64,000 nucleotides of DNA from Syntrophales bacterium (GTDB taxonomy: Bacteria > Desulfobacterota > Syntrophia > Syntrophales > UBA2210), in NCBI GenBank assembly GCA_963662405.2, contig CAXXKT010000003.1, forward strand, positions 288,001-352,000. Direction: 5' to 3'. The position numbers were made by a program, and so were the translations under genes. A model generated the notes under the pieces. It did not search any database. It saw only the letters and a program-made list of their open reading frames with translations, and was not told the DNA's origin. Shown piece by piece: positions 32,851 through 43,233 of the stretch (position 1 is the first letter of the stretch; every line of letters starts with the position of its first letter).

Positions 32851-34059
32851 TTATTCCGCCTGATTAGAGAATAAAAGATGCAGCCACGGTGCCACCACAG
32901 GAGTGGTAGTTCCCTCCTGCGGTGTTTCGTCCCAGCGGGCGATGTTGTTGACGGACACGGCACCGGCCTGGCTGAAACACCCGGAGATCACGATCGATCC
33001 CGAACCGATGAGGGCCATGTCGGTAACGCTGTAGTTTGTTCCGTTATTCGTTTCGTCACCGAGTAGTGACCACTCGGTCCCGTCCCATTTGGCGATATAA
33101 TTGGCATATACACTCCCCGCGGAGAGGAAATATCCCCCGGCGTAGAGGTTCGTCCCATCGAACACCAGGGAGCCCGGTGTCTGATCGATTGTGTACCCGA
33201 CGCCGCTGGCGAGTTTGTTCCAGGTGGAGCTGGTGGTGTCCCACCGGGCGATCCTAATGGCGTTCAGGGGATCGGGCCCGACTGAGCTGAATTTCCCCCC
33301 CACGTACAGGTTCCCTCCGCCGAAAGCCATGGCGTAGCCGTACCCGTTGACTCCTCCACCGACGTCCGACCAGGAAGATCCGTTCCACATGGCGAGACGG
33401 TTCACCGTTACCCCGCCGGCTTCCGTGAAATTACCGCACGCGTAGAGGTTGCCGAAGTTGTCGAAAGCAAGGTCATACACATTACCGTTCATCCCCGTAC
33501 CCAGGGCTGACCAGGAGGTCCCGTCGAATTTGGCTATGTGGTTTACGGTGATTGAATCCTCGTAATTAAGCCGGATAACGGTAAACGTTCCTCCGACATA
33601 GAGGTTCCCTGAGCTGTCCACCGCCATGCATTCAATGTCGCTCCCGAACCGCGGATAATCATCATTTCCCGTACCGACTTTGTGCCAGGCCGATCCGTCC
33701 CAGCGGGCGATACGGCTGAGCTCCACTCCGCCCGCGTCGGAGAAGGGCCCGGTAGCGTAGAGATTGCCCGCGCCGTCGGTAACCAGACCCGTGACGATAC
33801 CGTTGGTCCCAGTGCCCAGGGCTGACCAGGCAAAGCCGTTCCACCGGGCGATGTGATTGGCGGGAACGCCGCCAGCGGTATCAAAGTCCCCCCCGGCATA
33901 AATGACCCCCGATTGACCGACGGCCACCGCCCGGACCCAGTTGTTTGTTCCTGAGCCGAGGGCGGACCATTCACCGGCACCCGACGTGCCGATGGCGAGA
34001 AAGAGGATGAAAAGAGTTACCGTGACAATGACCGTTCGAAAGGATAGAATCTGTTTCAT
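32851..34059 (-). CDS. Secreted beta-propeller-like repeat protein
   Basis: Signal peptide; repeated LYxGGxF..AGGV..N.IA(R/K)WDG..WS.LG units. Confidence 0.85.
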   Translation of the reverse strand: MKQILSFRTVIVTVTLFILFLAIGTSGAGEWSALGSGTNNWVRAVAVGQSGVIYAGGDFDTAGGVPANHIARWNGFAWSALGTGTNGIVTGLVTDGAGNLYATGPFSDAGGVELSRIARWDGSAWHKVGTGNDDYPRFGSDIECMAVDSSGNLYVGGTFTVIRLNYEDSITVNHIAKFDGTSWSALGTGMNGNVYDLAFDNFGNLYACGNFTEAGGVTVNRLAMWNGSSWSDVGGGVNGYGYAMAFGGGNLYVGGKFSSVGPDPLNAIRIARWDTTSSTWNKLASGVGYTIDQTPGSLVFDGTNLYAGGYFLSAGSVYANYIAKWDGTEWSLLGDETNNGTNYSVTDMALIGSGSIVISGCFSQAGAVSVNNIARWDETPQEGTTTPVVAPWLHLLFSNQAE

Positions 34060-34364
34060 AGTGTAGTTCACTCCCAACATTAAATTAGGGACAGCGCCCA
34101 ATTAATTACCATAACCGGTTCTGCTGCAACCAGTGCAACGACTGCATCATGAGTGTGAAAGAGCCTGCGTGTCGCCCCAGCATTTAGGGTGCCAGTTTGT
34201 TAAAAAAGTTGATAGATGTCAAGGAGAATTGCACAGTATGGCACGATCGTGGAGATCTGTTCAAATGTATTGAGGGTCGTGCCCTTTTCACCGCTCCTTT
34301 CATGTGCCAAAGGCACTTCCTCTTGGTCCGTGATAATGTATGTAAAACTCTCATTCATGATGGT

Positions 34365-34507
34365 AACAAGGATCCAGCGCCGGATCACCATATTATACAA
34401 TGTGACGCTGTTTCAGGAAAGGAGCGGGTCCTGGGGGATTTTCACAAAGAATCCGGTACAAGGCGGCGCGTTTCTCGGCAGGGAGCAGGCCTTCGCCAAG
34501 CCGCTCA
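34365..34507. repeat. Copy 2 of the ~145-bp direct repeat
   Basis: Near-identical to 32472-32617. Confidence 0.9.
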
Positions 34508-34808
34508 TTTCCAAACAGTATGCAGGGGGCGATCCGGATACCCGCCGCCGGGACACGGCCCGCAATGACGAGTATTCGGAACTCCCGGTCTTCTGCGGCC
34601 TGGGGTACTGGCTCTGCTTCCAGGTGTCGATCCTCGGCCTGGGCCCCATCTGGATGAGCCTTCATGAAAAGGGGAAGCATATGAGACATGCCGTCCGATC
34701 TTTTCTTCCCCCCCCTCCCGCTATGCCGTGGCTGTCGTTGCCGATCAGATTCGAGTCTCATCAGATCCGGGCTCACCCTTGATTCCCTCAGCTGGAATTA
34801 TTATCATA

Positions 34809-35876
34809 ATGAATCGAAGCCAAGCGGATGCGTTGGAAAAAGGTACGTTGAAGGTGAAAACAGAGATGCACGCACATGACCGGATATCCACGCCAGAGAA
34901 ACCGGAAAGGCCGCTCCATCGCGGACTCTTCAGCGTGAGATGGGGGCGAAGCCGGTTTCTCGTTGGGTTGGTCGTTATCATGACCGGGTTTGCCCTCGCT
35001 TTTTGTTTCCTGACGGGATCAGTGCAGGGACAGGAAGCCGCTGGTTTTCCGTCCCTGTTGGATGGGTATGGATCCCCTGCGCAATGTCGAGAAACCATCG
35101 CGCATATGGCGTATCACGACAGGATTCCTTGGGGGAAGGATGATCGATTTTTCTTTACCCGAAATGAAGCGCTCGCCCCGTGCCGGGGAACCGAAACAGG
35201 GGATTACACGTTCCGGTTCGATGATGACCAAGTGGCACACCGGGCGTTGAAAGGAGTCCCGCCGTTTTTTCTTCCCGGTGAATGGGGAGACTGGCGGCGG
35301 TATCCTCGCGCGTGGATGGCACCGGATCTTGCTCTTGATGTGGAAAAGGAGGTAAAAGAGGAAAAAATGCCGGGGCAATGGGGAGCGGACGGGCGGCAGA
35401 TGGATCTGTTCGAACCGGACCCCCGCATGGAGGATCTTGTCAACTCATTGAAGACAGTGCTTCTAAAAGAGGAGGCCATCGGTTTCTTTCAGGAAACACG
35501 TGCCGAGCGGTTTACCGTTACCCCCGAACCTTTGGAAGAATCCGTCCCGCCGCAACCGTATCCCGCTCCTGCGGGCGACTTGTTCGGTGGCCGGGATGAA
35601 AAATATACCTTGTTGCATGATGGGGACGCGCAGAACGGGGGAAACGTCAGGCTGTCCCTCTCTGTTCCTTGGTCACGAGGGAAAACGGGCCGTGCCGGGA
35701 TCCTCCCGGATGCCGTCTACCTGGGGACCGACGTTGATTATTTCAGTATCGCTGAGGGACTGCAGTCAGGCAACGCAGACTACCGGACCCTGCCATCGGA
35801 GCTGAACCGGCTCGGATCGGATTGGCTCGAAACACCGACCGGGTATATCCATTTTGAATGGCGCCTGGGAAAATAG
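34809..35876 (+). CDS. Hypothetical exported or membrane-anchored protein
   Basis: Long ORF with one hydrophobic segment ending VQG; start uncertain. Confidence 0.55.
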   Translation: MNRSQADALEKGTLKVKTEMHAHDRISTPEKPERPLHRGLFSVRWGRSRFLVGLVVIMTGFALAFCFLTGSVQGQEAAGFPSLLDGYGSPAQCRETIAHMAYHDRIPWGKDDRFFFTRNEALAPCRGTETGDYTFRFDDDQVAHRALKGVPPFFLPGEWGDWRRYPRAWMAPDLALDVEKEVKEEKMPGQWGADGRQMDLFEPDPRMEDLVNSLKTVLLKEEAIGFFQETRAERFTVTPEPLEESVPPQPYPAPAGDLFGGRDEKYTLLHDGDAQNGGNVRLSLSVPWSRGKTGRAGILPDAVYLGTDVDYFSIAEGLQSGNADYRTLPSELNRLGSDWLETPTGYIHFEWRLGK

Positions 35877-35923
35877 AGGGGGACAAACACAATCACGCCG
35901 TGTGAGGGGTGTGTAGACAGCGC

Positions 35924-35960
35924 AAAAAACAAGGGGTCACCTAAGCTGGTAACCCCCTTG
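35924..35960 (-). terminator. Intrinsic terminator just downstream of the tRNA 3' end
   Basis: CAAGGGGGTTACC-AGCTTA-GGTGACCCCTTG-TTTTTT on the minus strand. Confidence 0.75.
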
Positions 35961-35967
35961 ATATTTA

Positions 35968-36011
35968 TGGTAGTCCCACGGGGAATCGAACCCCGGTTTC
36001 CGGCGTGAGAG
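35968..36011 (-). tRNA. 3' half only of tRNA-Glu(CTC): att-site duplication, not a complete tRNA
   Basis: CTCTCAC anticodon loop, GCCGG, T-arm GGGGTTCGATTCCCC, acceptor strand and CCA; no 5' acceptor strand or D-arm upstream. Confidence 0.88.
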
Positions 36012-36953
36012 GGTTTCCATGCCACCCTATTATCATTGATATTATTGAGTATTTCCTTGCAAGAGAGTCACCGAAGGCATCATAATACACCACGTTGTGT
36101 GTCCGCAGGTGTGTCCGTATTGACTACATACATACCCGTGTCAGAGTATCCATGCACGACAGTTCATAATGCAAACAGGACGACCGTGAAAGATTCAGTA
36201 GATCGCACTATCGAGAAATTGAAATCACAGAGTTTCCTGGTTCTATAAGAATATACTTTTCCTCAACGGAACAGACTGAGTTTAACCAAAAGAACCAAGA
36301 ACTGATTTGTCTGAACAATACTCTCGATAATGTACTAAACAATATATCTGATGGTGTTGTGACTGTCGATAGTACTGGTAATTTTGAAACAACTTAACAG
36401 TTCATTTATTTAAGATTCGATTCGTTTCCTAAAATTATACGGCATCCATCGATTTGATATCATACCCCATGGCCCGGTAGCCACGTCGGCGTTTTTCCCA
36501 CATGCGGGAGAGTTGAGGTTGATCAGTTTCGGCGTAATCGTAGATACGTACATCCTGCTTGTCAGCATGCTCGCGGTGCAGGCGTCCCGCGTATTGATGC
36601 AAAGTTCCTTTCCAGGAAATCGGCATGGCCAACACCAGCGTGTCAAGCGGCGGGTGGTCAAAGCCTTCACCGATCAACCGTCCGGTTGCGAGTAATACTC
36701 TTGGCACGGATTCCTCCATTGAATCCAATTCGGCTAAAACCGCTGCTCGTTGTTTCTTCGACAAACGGCCATGCAGCACGAAGCAGTGTTCGACATGATC
36801 TCCCAGTGCCTCCCGCAAAAGTGGTAGGTGGTCCGTCCGTTCGGTGAGCACTAGCAATTTACGTCCTTCCCGATAGGCGGTAAGCACATCCCCGGCGATG
36901 CGCTGGTTGCGGGTCGCATCGTTGGCGATAATGCGGAACACATCCTGAATTAG

Positions 36954-37488
36954 TGTCACTCTCGGGGATGGTTGAAACCCCTCGCCTTTAGGCGAAGAAA
37001 AGTTTATAGATGTCGCTATGCGACGTTATCAAATTGGAGCTCATACCAAGACAGATTTAAAGGTACATCTCATTTGGATACCGAAATACCGGAAGAAGGT
37101 ATTAATCGGTCCAGTAGCAATTCGCGCGCGAGATGTTCTGCGCCAAATTGCTTTTGAGCATGAACTTGACATCATTACGGGGAAAGTAGCGAGCGATCAT
37201 GTACATATGTTCATTTCATATCGTCCCAATCAGGATATCAGCAAGATTGTTCAAAAGTTGAAGGGAGTAAGCTCGCGGATACTGTTATCCGAATTTCCAC
37301 ATCTTAAGAAGCAATTTTGGGGCAGGCATCTTTGGGCGCGCGGATACCTTGCTGTAAGTTCCGGTAATATAACTGACGAGATGATAGAACAATATATTCA
37401 AGAACAAGAAGGGGAGCCGGTAGTTGACGACAGTCGATTTTCAATCGACCCGTCATAACCTCTCGACTTGTAGTCGAGGGTAGTTTAG
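36954..37488 (+). mobile_element. IS200/IS605-family element with tnpA only (535 bp)
   Basis: Subterminal hairpins at both ends; removal rejoins the helicase frame; boundary can slide within TTAGTG. Confidence 0.88.
37018..37458 (+). CDS. tnpA: IS200/IS605 HUH (Y1) transposase
   Basis: HLIWIPKYR, DHVHM HUH motif, LWARGY, YIQEQ catalytic Tyr. Confidence 0.96.
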   Translation: MRRYQIGAHTKTDLKVHLIWIPKYRKKVLIGPVAIRARDVLRQIAFEHELDIITGKVASDHVHMFISYRPNQDISKIVQKLKGVSSRILLSEFPHLKKQFWGRHLWARGYLAVSSGNITDEMIEQYIQEQEGEPVVDDSRFSIDPS

Positions 37489-39530
37489 TGAGTCCGGCGG
37501 GATCTCCGGTGCGGGTAGCACCTTCGGCCAGACTTCCAATTGCGACGGAGCGGATTCCGGTCTAGCGGCGGTGTGGCGGATCGGGCCGCACTGCATGAAG
37601 ATGATCGGCTGATGACCGTCACGGCGTATCGGCGTGGCGGTCAGGCCCACTACAAATTTTGCCTTGGCCTGTTTGAGGATCGCCTCGAAGGAATAGGCTG
37701 ACAGGTGATGACATTCGTCGATAATGATCTGCCCGTACTGGTCAAGGAGTCCGCTCAGGTCCTCCCGACGCGAGAGCGACTGCATAACGGCGATGTCGAT
37801 CATGCCGGATGGTTTCTTCTTGCCCCCGCCGATGACACCCAACTTGCCCTTGGTAATTTCAAGAAATTCCGTCAATCGTTCCTGCCACTGACGCAGCAGA
37901 ACGGTGCGGTGAACCAGCACCAGCGTGCTCACCTTGCGCCGGGCGATCAGAGCGGCGGCGGTAACCGTCTTGCCAAATGCCGTAGGAGCGCAGAGCACGC
38001 CAATCTCATGCTTGAGCATCTCCCGCACAGCTGCCTTCTGATTCTTACGCAAGGTACCGGTGAATTTGGCCGTCACCTTCCGTCCGGCCTGGCGTTCGTC
38101 CTGTAATTCAGGATAGATGCTGTTCTCCTGTAACAGATCCAACACTGCATCGAGGCAGCCTCGCGGCAGGCCGATATGCTGGGGATAGTTCTCGGCGCAG
38201 CCGATGATGCGCGGTTTGTTCCACACCGGCAGACGCATAGCCTGAGCTTTATAGAACTCCGGATTTTGGAAAGCGGCGAGCCGGATCAGACGATTGGCCA
38301 GTGGCTGCGGCAGATCGGCCTTGGTGATGAAAATCTGATTGGCCAGCACCAGAGTCAATGATTCCGGCAGAGGGCCGGTAATTCGTGCGGGCACTGGTGA
38401 GGGACGTTGCCAGGGCTTGCTGTCCTCTTCTTCGGTGGCAAAGGCGACATCCAGGGGATGGCGACCTCCGTTGGCCTGCAGGATGGAGTTTTCCAAATCT
38501 CGTCGGGTCATTGGACGAACGGATGAGAGAAACGCCCACTGATCTGGATAGGGTTGCAGGTGTTCATCGACGAACGCGCTGCACTCCGATTCCCTCGGTT
38601 GTTTCTGCAAGGGCAGTGCAATCAGGTTGCCGAAACCACCCTTGGGCATGCTATCTTGGTTGGGAAACAGACGGTCATAGCTTGCCAGAGACAATTGCCG
38701 GGTGCGGTCGCAGGTGTAACTGATCAGTGCGGCCCCGAGCTGCCGGGCCTCGCGGGCCGGAACCGGCACGGCAAAAAAGATCCAGGCGTGTGCGCCGTTG
38801 CCGGAGCGGGAAATCTCCAATGCTGCCGGTATGCCAAGTTCCCGGCAGGATTGCATGAAAGCCTTGGCATCCTCCCGCCAGTCGGCTTCGTCGTAATCAG
38901 CCGCGAGAAAATAGCAGCTGTCATCGCTCAGAAGTGGATAAATGCCGATAGTCTGTTTCCCGGCCAAGTGGTCGTAGATCACCTGATCGCTCACCGGCAG
39001 CAACTGCCGCTGGTTGCAGTCGCCGCATTTCACCCGGGGTTTGTGACAAATGCCGGGTTTCCACTCATTGCCGCAGGCCGGTGAATAACCCGACGTGCCC
39101 TGGGTAGACTCCCAGCGCTGGGAGTAGACATCCTCGCGCCCCCGGAACAGGCTGCGGAACAGGGCGATCTTGTCGGCTGTGCTGAAATGGATGGTAACTG
39201 GAGTTGGTTCCGCTGGAGCCGAAACGGGTTCAGGGGTGATCGGTTCTTCCCAAGGGATGTCATAACGAATCAGCAATTCCTTGAGACGGGCGTTCTCCTC
39301 GCGCAGTTGCCGCAGTTCATTTTGCTTATTCAATCTTTGGTCACTCTTCGGCAAATCCACACTCCCGTCATCAGATCGTCCATGTTATCGCCAACGTCCC
39401 GACCCCCAAGTCAACCCCCAAGATGTCGCAGCTTTTATTCAAGCTGAACCATGCCTACGATTCCTTTCCAAAATGCGCTAAATACGCTTGGTGACAAGTT
39501 GGCAAAAAAGATGAAATGTAAAATGCCGGT

Positions 39531-39866
39531 TTAGGTGGCATGAACGATATGATCTATCGTTTCAACAATCCATTGATTGAGGCTTTTCCCTTCTGCTGAA
39601 GCTCTCGATGCTATTTCAGCGTGCAGTTCAGGGGAAATGCGCAAATTGAATTTACCCGAATACTCCTTATATGGTTCAATCCCTTTTTCTTTGCAGACAT
39701 CAAGAAATACTTTTAACGACTTTTTAAACTCCCTACGCAGTTCCTCGGGAGTCTTGCCGTAAAAATCAGCGCCTCCGTTAAGTCCGAGTATTTCGCCCCG
39801 AAACATATCAATATCAGAGTCATAATCGATTTTAGCTTTATTTCCTTTATACGTCATTATATTCAT
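39531..39866 (-). CDS. hicB: HicB antitoxin
   Basis: MTYKG, FYG, YSGKFNLRISPELH and SLNQW motifs; ATGA overlap with hicA. Confidence 0.92.
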   Translation of the reverse strand: MNIMTYKGNKAKIDYDSDIDMFRGEILGLNGGADFYGKTPEELRREFKKSLKVFLDVCKEKGIEPYKEYSGKFNLRISPELHAEIASRASAEGKSLNQWIVETIDHIVHAT

Positions 39867-40117
39867 GGTGTAACTCCATGGCTCTCCAACCATTTTCTAA
39901 TGCTTGAAACTGCGCCCTTGTCAGTATCCGGCGTTGGGTGTGGCCTATGAAATATCATAACCTCATCAAACAAAAACACTGCCACCCTGGAACCTTCTCG
40001 CTCGCTGACCTCAGCACCAAGAGCAATAAACATTTTCTCGATGTCGATCCATTTAATACTGCCACTGACAGGTCTGCGAAAAATGAGTTCCAGCGTCTTG
40101 CGATGTTTTTGTTTCAT
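39863..40117 (-). CDS. hicA: HicA toxin
   Basis: EREGSRV and FHRPHP motifs; upstream of hicB. Confidence 0.92.
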   Translation of the reverse strand: MKQKHRKTLELIFRRPVSGSIKWIDIEKMFIALGAEVSEREGSRVAVFLFDEVMIFHRPHPTPDTDKGAVSSIRKWLESHGVTP

Positions 40118-40169
40118 GCTTTCAATAGTACCAAATAATAGTACTCTGTCAAGATTTTTTTAGGAAGAG

Positions 40170-40410
40170 TATACCATGGATTCAATAATCATCGACCTGT
40201 GCCTGTCTTTGTTTCCTTGGGCCATCTCCCGTAAGAACAAAGGAGCCGTCAAGCTTCATACCCTTCGAATCTGCGGGGCAGTATACCGACCGTTGTCATT
40301 GTCACTCACGGCAAGATCCATAACGTGAATATCCCCGATCAGATCACCACGAACCGGCTCTTTCTATATCGTCGATCATGGCATCACAATTTTACAGATT
40401 TTGAGCGTTC
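40170..40410 (+). pseudogene. IS4-family transposase remnant
   Basis: Frameshifted translation DSIIIDLCLSLFPWA..KGAVKLHTL/LRGSIP..HGKIHNVNI. Confidence 0.75.
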
Positions 40411-40690
40411 ACTTTTTCGAAAAAATGTCTATATGACAAATATTTTCAAAGAACGATCATGCGTTTTTAAAACCCAAACCAAGCAACCAACTGCATTTAT
40501 TATATTAATGTTGGAACACTACTGATAATGAATATCATCTTAATATTGGCATCCGGATTGCTGGCCTGTAGCGCCGGTGTCCCCCAAAAGCGCCAAATCG
40601 AAAAAATACATATTAATAATATCGAATACTTATGATGTGAAAATTTGTTGAAAAACAAAAAAAAGACATGAGATGTGTCCACACATAAAT

Positions 40691-40728
40691 AGTGAACTAC
40701 CACCGAGCTTGCTCGGTGGTAGTTCACT
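40691..40728. repeat. Perfect 18-bp inverted repeat
   Basis: AGTGAACTACCACCGAGC-TT-GCTCGGTGGTAGTTCACT. Confidence 0.92.
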
Positions 40729-41436
40729 GAGCTTTTTTGATTTTTCAGAGACATACTTTCTTGTAAATGGCATTTCTTAATGAGCTGCAAGTTTTGTAGT
40801 TATAGACCATTGAGCATAGTTACTCCATACCAACATTTCAGCTTCATATACGAAAACCGTAAAAAATGCCTTGTTAATTATGTGCAAATGTAACAAATTA
40901 ACCAATATGCTAGGGTACGTTTAGTTTCACGAAGTTTCACGAAGAACGAAAACAGAAAATCCCATTATAAAATCAACACCAATGAATTTTCCCCATTGGG
41001 TTATTTGTGATAATAAAGAAGCAAAAACCCAGCGAGTATAAATGCTGGAAAATGGCAACAGCTGATAATGAATACCCTTTGAAATAATGCACACCTTAAA
41101 AAATACCGAACGCTCTCTCTCAGGAAGACTTCAATAGAAATTCTATCTACAGACTTACCAATAGGAACTATCCGATTAATATCGCTATGTACTCCCAATC
41201 AGGATAATATTTCCGTATCTCGTTAAAGTTGGTTTCTAGATACTGCCATACTCCCTTAAGGATTTTTCGCCTAAACCTCGTTATCCACACTGTACAGTAA
41301 TGGGCTCTGACTTCCTCAGTCTCATAGAGCTAATATATCAAAGTTCACCCAGGGAATACAGGATATGCCTCTCACCCCCGCTCTTACGAACGAGAAACTC
41401 TCTGAATTAGACTGTCAACCTCCCTTCAACGCACCC

Positions 41437-41585
41437 CTCAATATGCTGAGGGTTCCACCAAGTGCTGAGGCCAAACGAACCGTTTCATACCCTTCTGCAG
41501 CGCTATCCTGTTAATCTAATCCACTGTTAATAAAGGATGAATCAAAATTTATAATTTTCCTTCGGCTATTGGCAGGCTATTTGCT
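41437..41585 (+). promoter_or_regulatory. Sigma54 promoter with upstream palindromes, copy 1
   Basis: TGGCAGGCTATTTGCT at 41570-41585; CTCAATATGCTGAG upstream; homologous to 59149-59298 and 61108-61256. Confidence 0.78.
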
Positions 41586-41681
41586 CTTATTCTATATACT
41601 CTTGGTTATCTCATTCAGGAGCAGCCCGAATGTTCAAGAGAATAGATAAAGTAAACGAACATCCGAACAGAGAAAGAGGGA

Positions 41682-42074
41682 ATGGATATGAATGAAGATG
41701 TTCTGAAGGGGAAATGGCAGGAGATAACGGGGACGGTTAAAGAAAAGTGGGGGAAACTCACCGATAATGCTCTTGGCGAGATCGAAGGGAAAGGTGAGAA
41801 ACTTCTTGGGCTTTTACGGAAAAAATATGGATATATTAAGGACAAAGCCAATCTGGAGTATGAGGATGGTGTGGGATTGGCAGAAATTATAAGTAGGGTA
41901 CACGAAATAAAGACAAGAAAAAAAGATATCATAGCAATTGCATTTATTGCTCGCTACGGTCAGCCCCTTTTAGCTAACAAACAAGAGAATCTGATTCGGC
42001 AGTTGAGCGGAGCCCGAAGGGCATATATATCAGACTCTTGGTTCTCCCCGCAGCGAAGTGAAGGGGGAGAATGA
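41682..42074 (+). CDS. CsbD-family stress protein with C-terminal extension
   Basis: NEDVLKGKWQEITGTVKEKWGKLTD...KKYGY. Confidence 0.78.
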   Translation: MDMNEDVLKGKWQEITGTVKEKWGKLTDNALGEIEGKGEKLLGLLRKKYGYIKDKANLEYEDGVGLAEIISRVHEIKTRKKDIIAIAFIARYGQPLLANKQENLIRQLSGARRAYISDSWFSPQRSEGGE

Positions 42075-42101
42075 CAGTAAAGAAGGAAAATCGCGTGTAC
42101 A

Positions 42102-42227
42102 ATGCCGATGGGCATTTTGATTCTTGTCTTCATCGGTGCGCCACCCACTTGGCCATACACCAGGAGCCGGAGGTAATATTCCAGCGGTGGACTTGGATTG
42201 ATCTTTCTGATTTTGATCACCTTTTGA
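42102..42227 (+). pseudogene. DUF3309-like small membrane protein with internal stop
   Basis: IGAPPTWPYTRSRR*YSSGGLGLIFLILI; TAA at 42174. Confidence 0.65.
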
Positions 42228-42516
42228 TACAAATGAAGATTTTTTATTAGAAGCGTATGTATTTGTCACAAACAACGGGAATCGAATTTCTTCCTAAGCC
42301 GACAATAACGATAAAATGAGAGGAATGAAAATGGATAAAAACGCGGAAGATCAGGAGTGGGGAAAAATACAGGCACATATTGAACAGCTGTTCGGCAGAT
42401 ATTTCAGGAATAGCCTTGATCCTATTGAGGACAAAACCCGAAATGCACTCTCTCTGCTGTCTAAGTCACAAGATAACCGGAGAGATGATCCGGAGATATT
42501 GTGAGTAGGGGGAAAT

Positions 42517-42957
42517 ATGATGTTTGAATCTAATATGATCTGCATGGCATGCGGATACCAGGGTTCTATCGATGCGCAAGGAGTATCCATAGAAGATTCG
42601 AGGTTAGACGGTTTCAGATACTTGGGACATGACTCGTTGATGGGCACAATGCACTATCGGTGTTCTCGGTGCCATTCCTTCCTTAAAGTCGATCCGATGG
42701 ATATCCTCAAAATGTATTCCACCGGACAGCCGACCGTGGGCCCTCCGGGAAAAGATTCATGTATTATTTCGGAGGACAACAACCTTCTCCGGCTGTTGCC
42801 CGATATAATTAAAGACGGAGTGCTCAGGCTAACAAGATATATCAGAGGGTCACATATTTCGAATTCAGACACTGAAACTCTGTTTACGAACAGCCCGCGG
42901 ACAGGTTTTAGCGGATCCGATGATCTGGATAAATCTGAAATTCAAGCCAGCCAGTGA
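42517..42957 (+). CDS. Hypothetical protein with two CxxC motifs
   Basis: CMAC and CSRC; purine-rich RBS. Confidence 0.55.
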   Translation: MMFESNMICMACGYQGSIDAQGVSIEDSRLDGFRYLGHDSLMGTMHYRCSRCHSFLKVDPMDILKMYSTGQPTVGPPGKDSCIISEDNNLLRLLPDIIKDGVLRLTRYIRGSHISNSDTETLFTNSPRTGFSGSDDLDKSEIQASQ

Positions 42958-42981
42958 CTACACTTTGTTTGCTTCTGCCCC

Positions 42982-43155
42982 GGCCTCGTCTTCATCGAAG
43001 CAACTGTCGTAACACGCGAGGGTTGAACCTATTCCCGCAACTTGGGAATCTGGAACGACCTGGCATATTGAACTGCTGGCTCGGGTCGCCCGCTTTATTC
43101 GCCGCATGGGCGCGAAGTGGCAGGGATTCACCTCGCTGCCACAGGTACGCAGGTA
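42982..43155 (+). pseudogene. NADH:flavin oxidoreductase (old yellow enzyme, YqjM-like) fragment
   Basis: GLVFIEATVVTREG*...LGIWND/HIELLARVARFIRRMG/VAGIHLA across a stop and frameshifts. Confidence 0.6.
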
Positions 43156-43233
43156 GACAGTAAGAGCCCCATGGTGAACAGTAGAATACTGAAGGAAAAC
43201 TAACATATCTTATAAATTTTAAGGGGGATCGTC

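Larger units (their letters stand above)
36435..39360 (-). pseudogene. AEP-primase-like (TOTE-type) domain + superfamily II helicase, interrupted by an IS200-type element (796 aa if rejoined)
   Basis: LFRSLFRGREDVY, SRSGNGAHAW, GNLIALP; APTAFGKT, DECHH, TAT; EGFD and QYAGRLHR in the distal piece. Confidence 0.88.

Noticed and set aside
34216..34782. ORF containing PPAMPWLSLP, resembling the shared C-terminal tail
   Set aside because: No signal peptide, runs through the duplicated non-coding repeat, and the motif is not terminal; at most a remnant
35968..36045. Complete tRNA-Glu gene
   Set aside because: 5' acceptor strand, D-arm and 5' anticodon stem are absent
36278..36397. PAS-like fragment LDNVLNNISDGVVTVDSTG
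   Set aside because: About 40 codons without a start; too short to call
41281..41289. Perfect DnaA box TTATCCACA
   Set aside because: Single copy with no cluster or replication gene nearby
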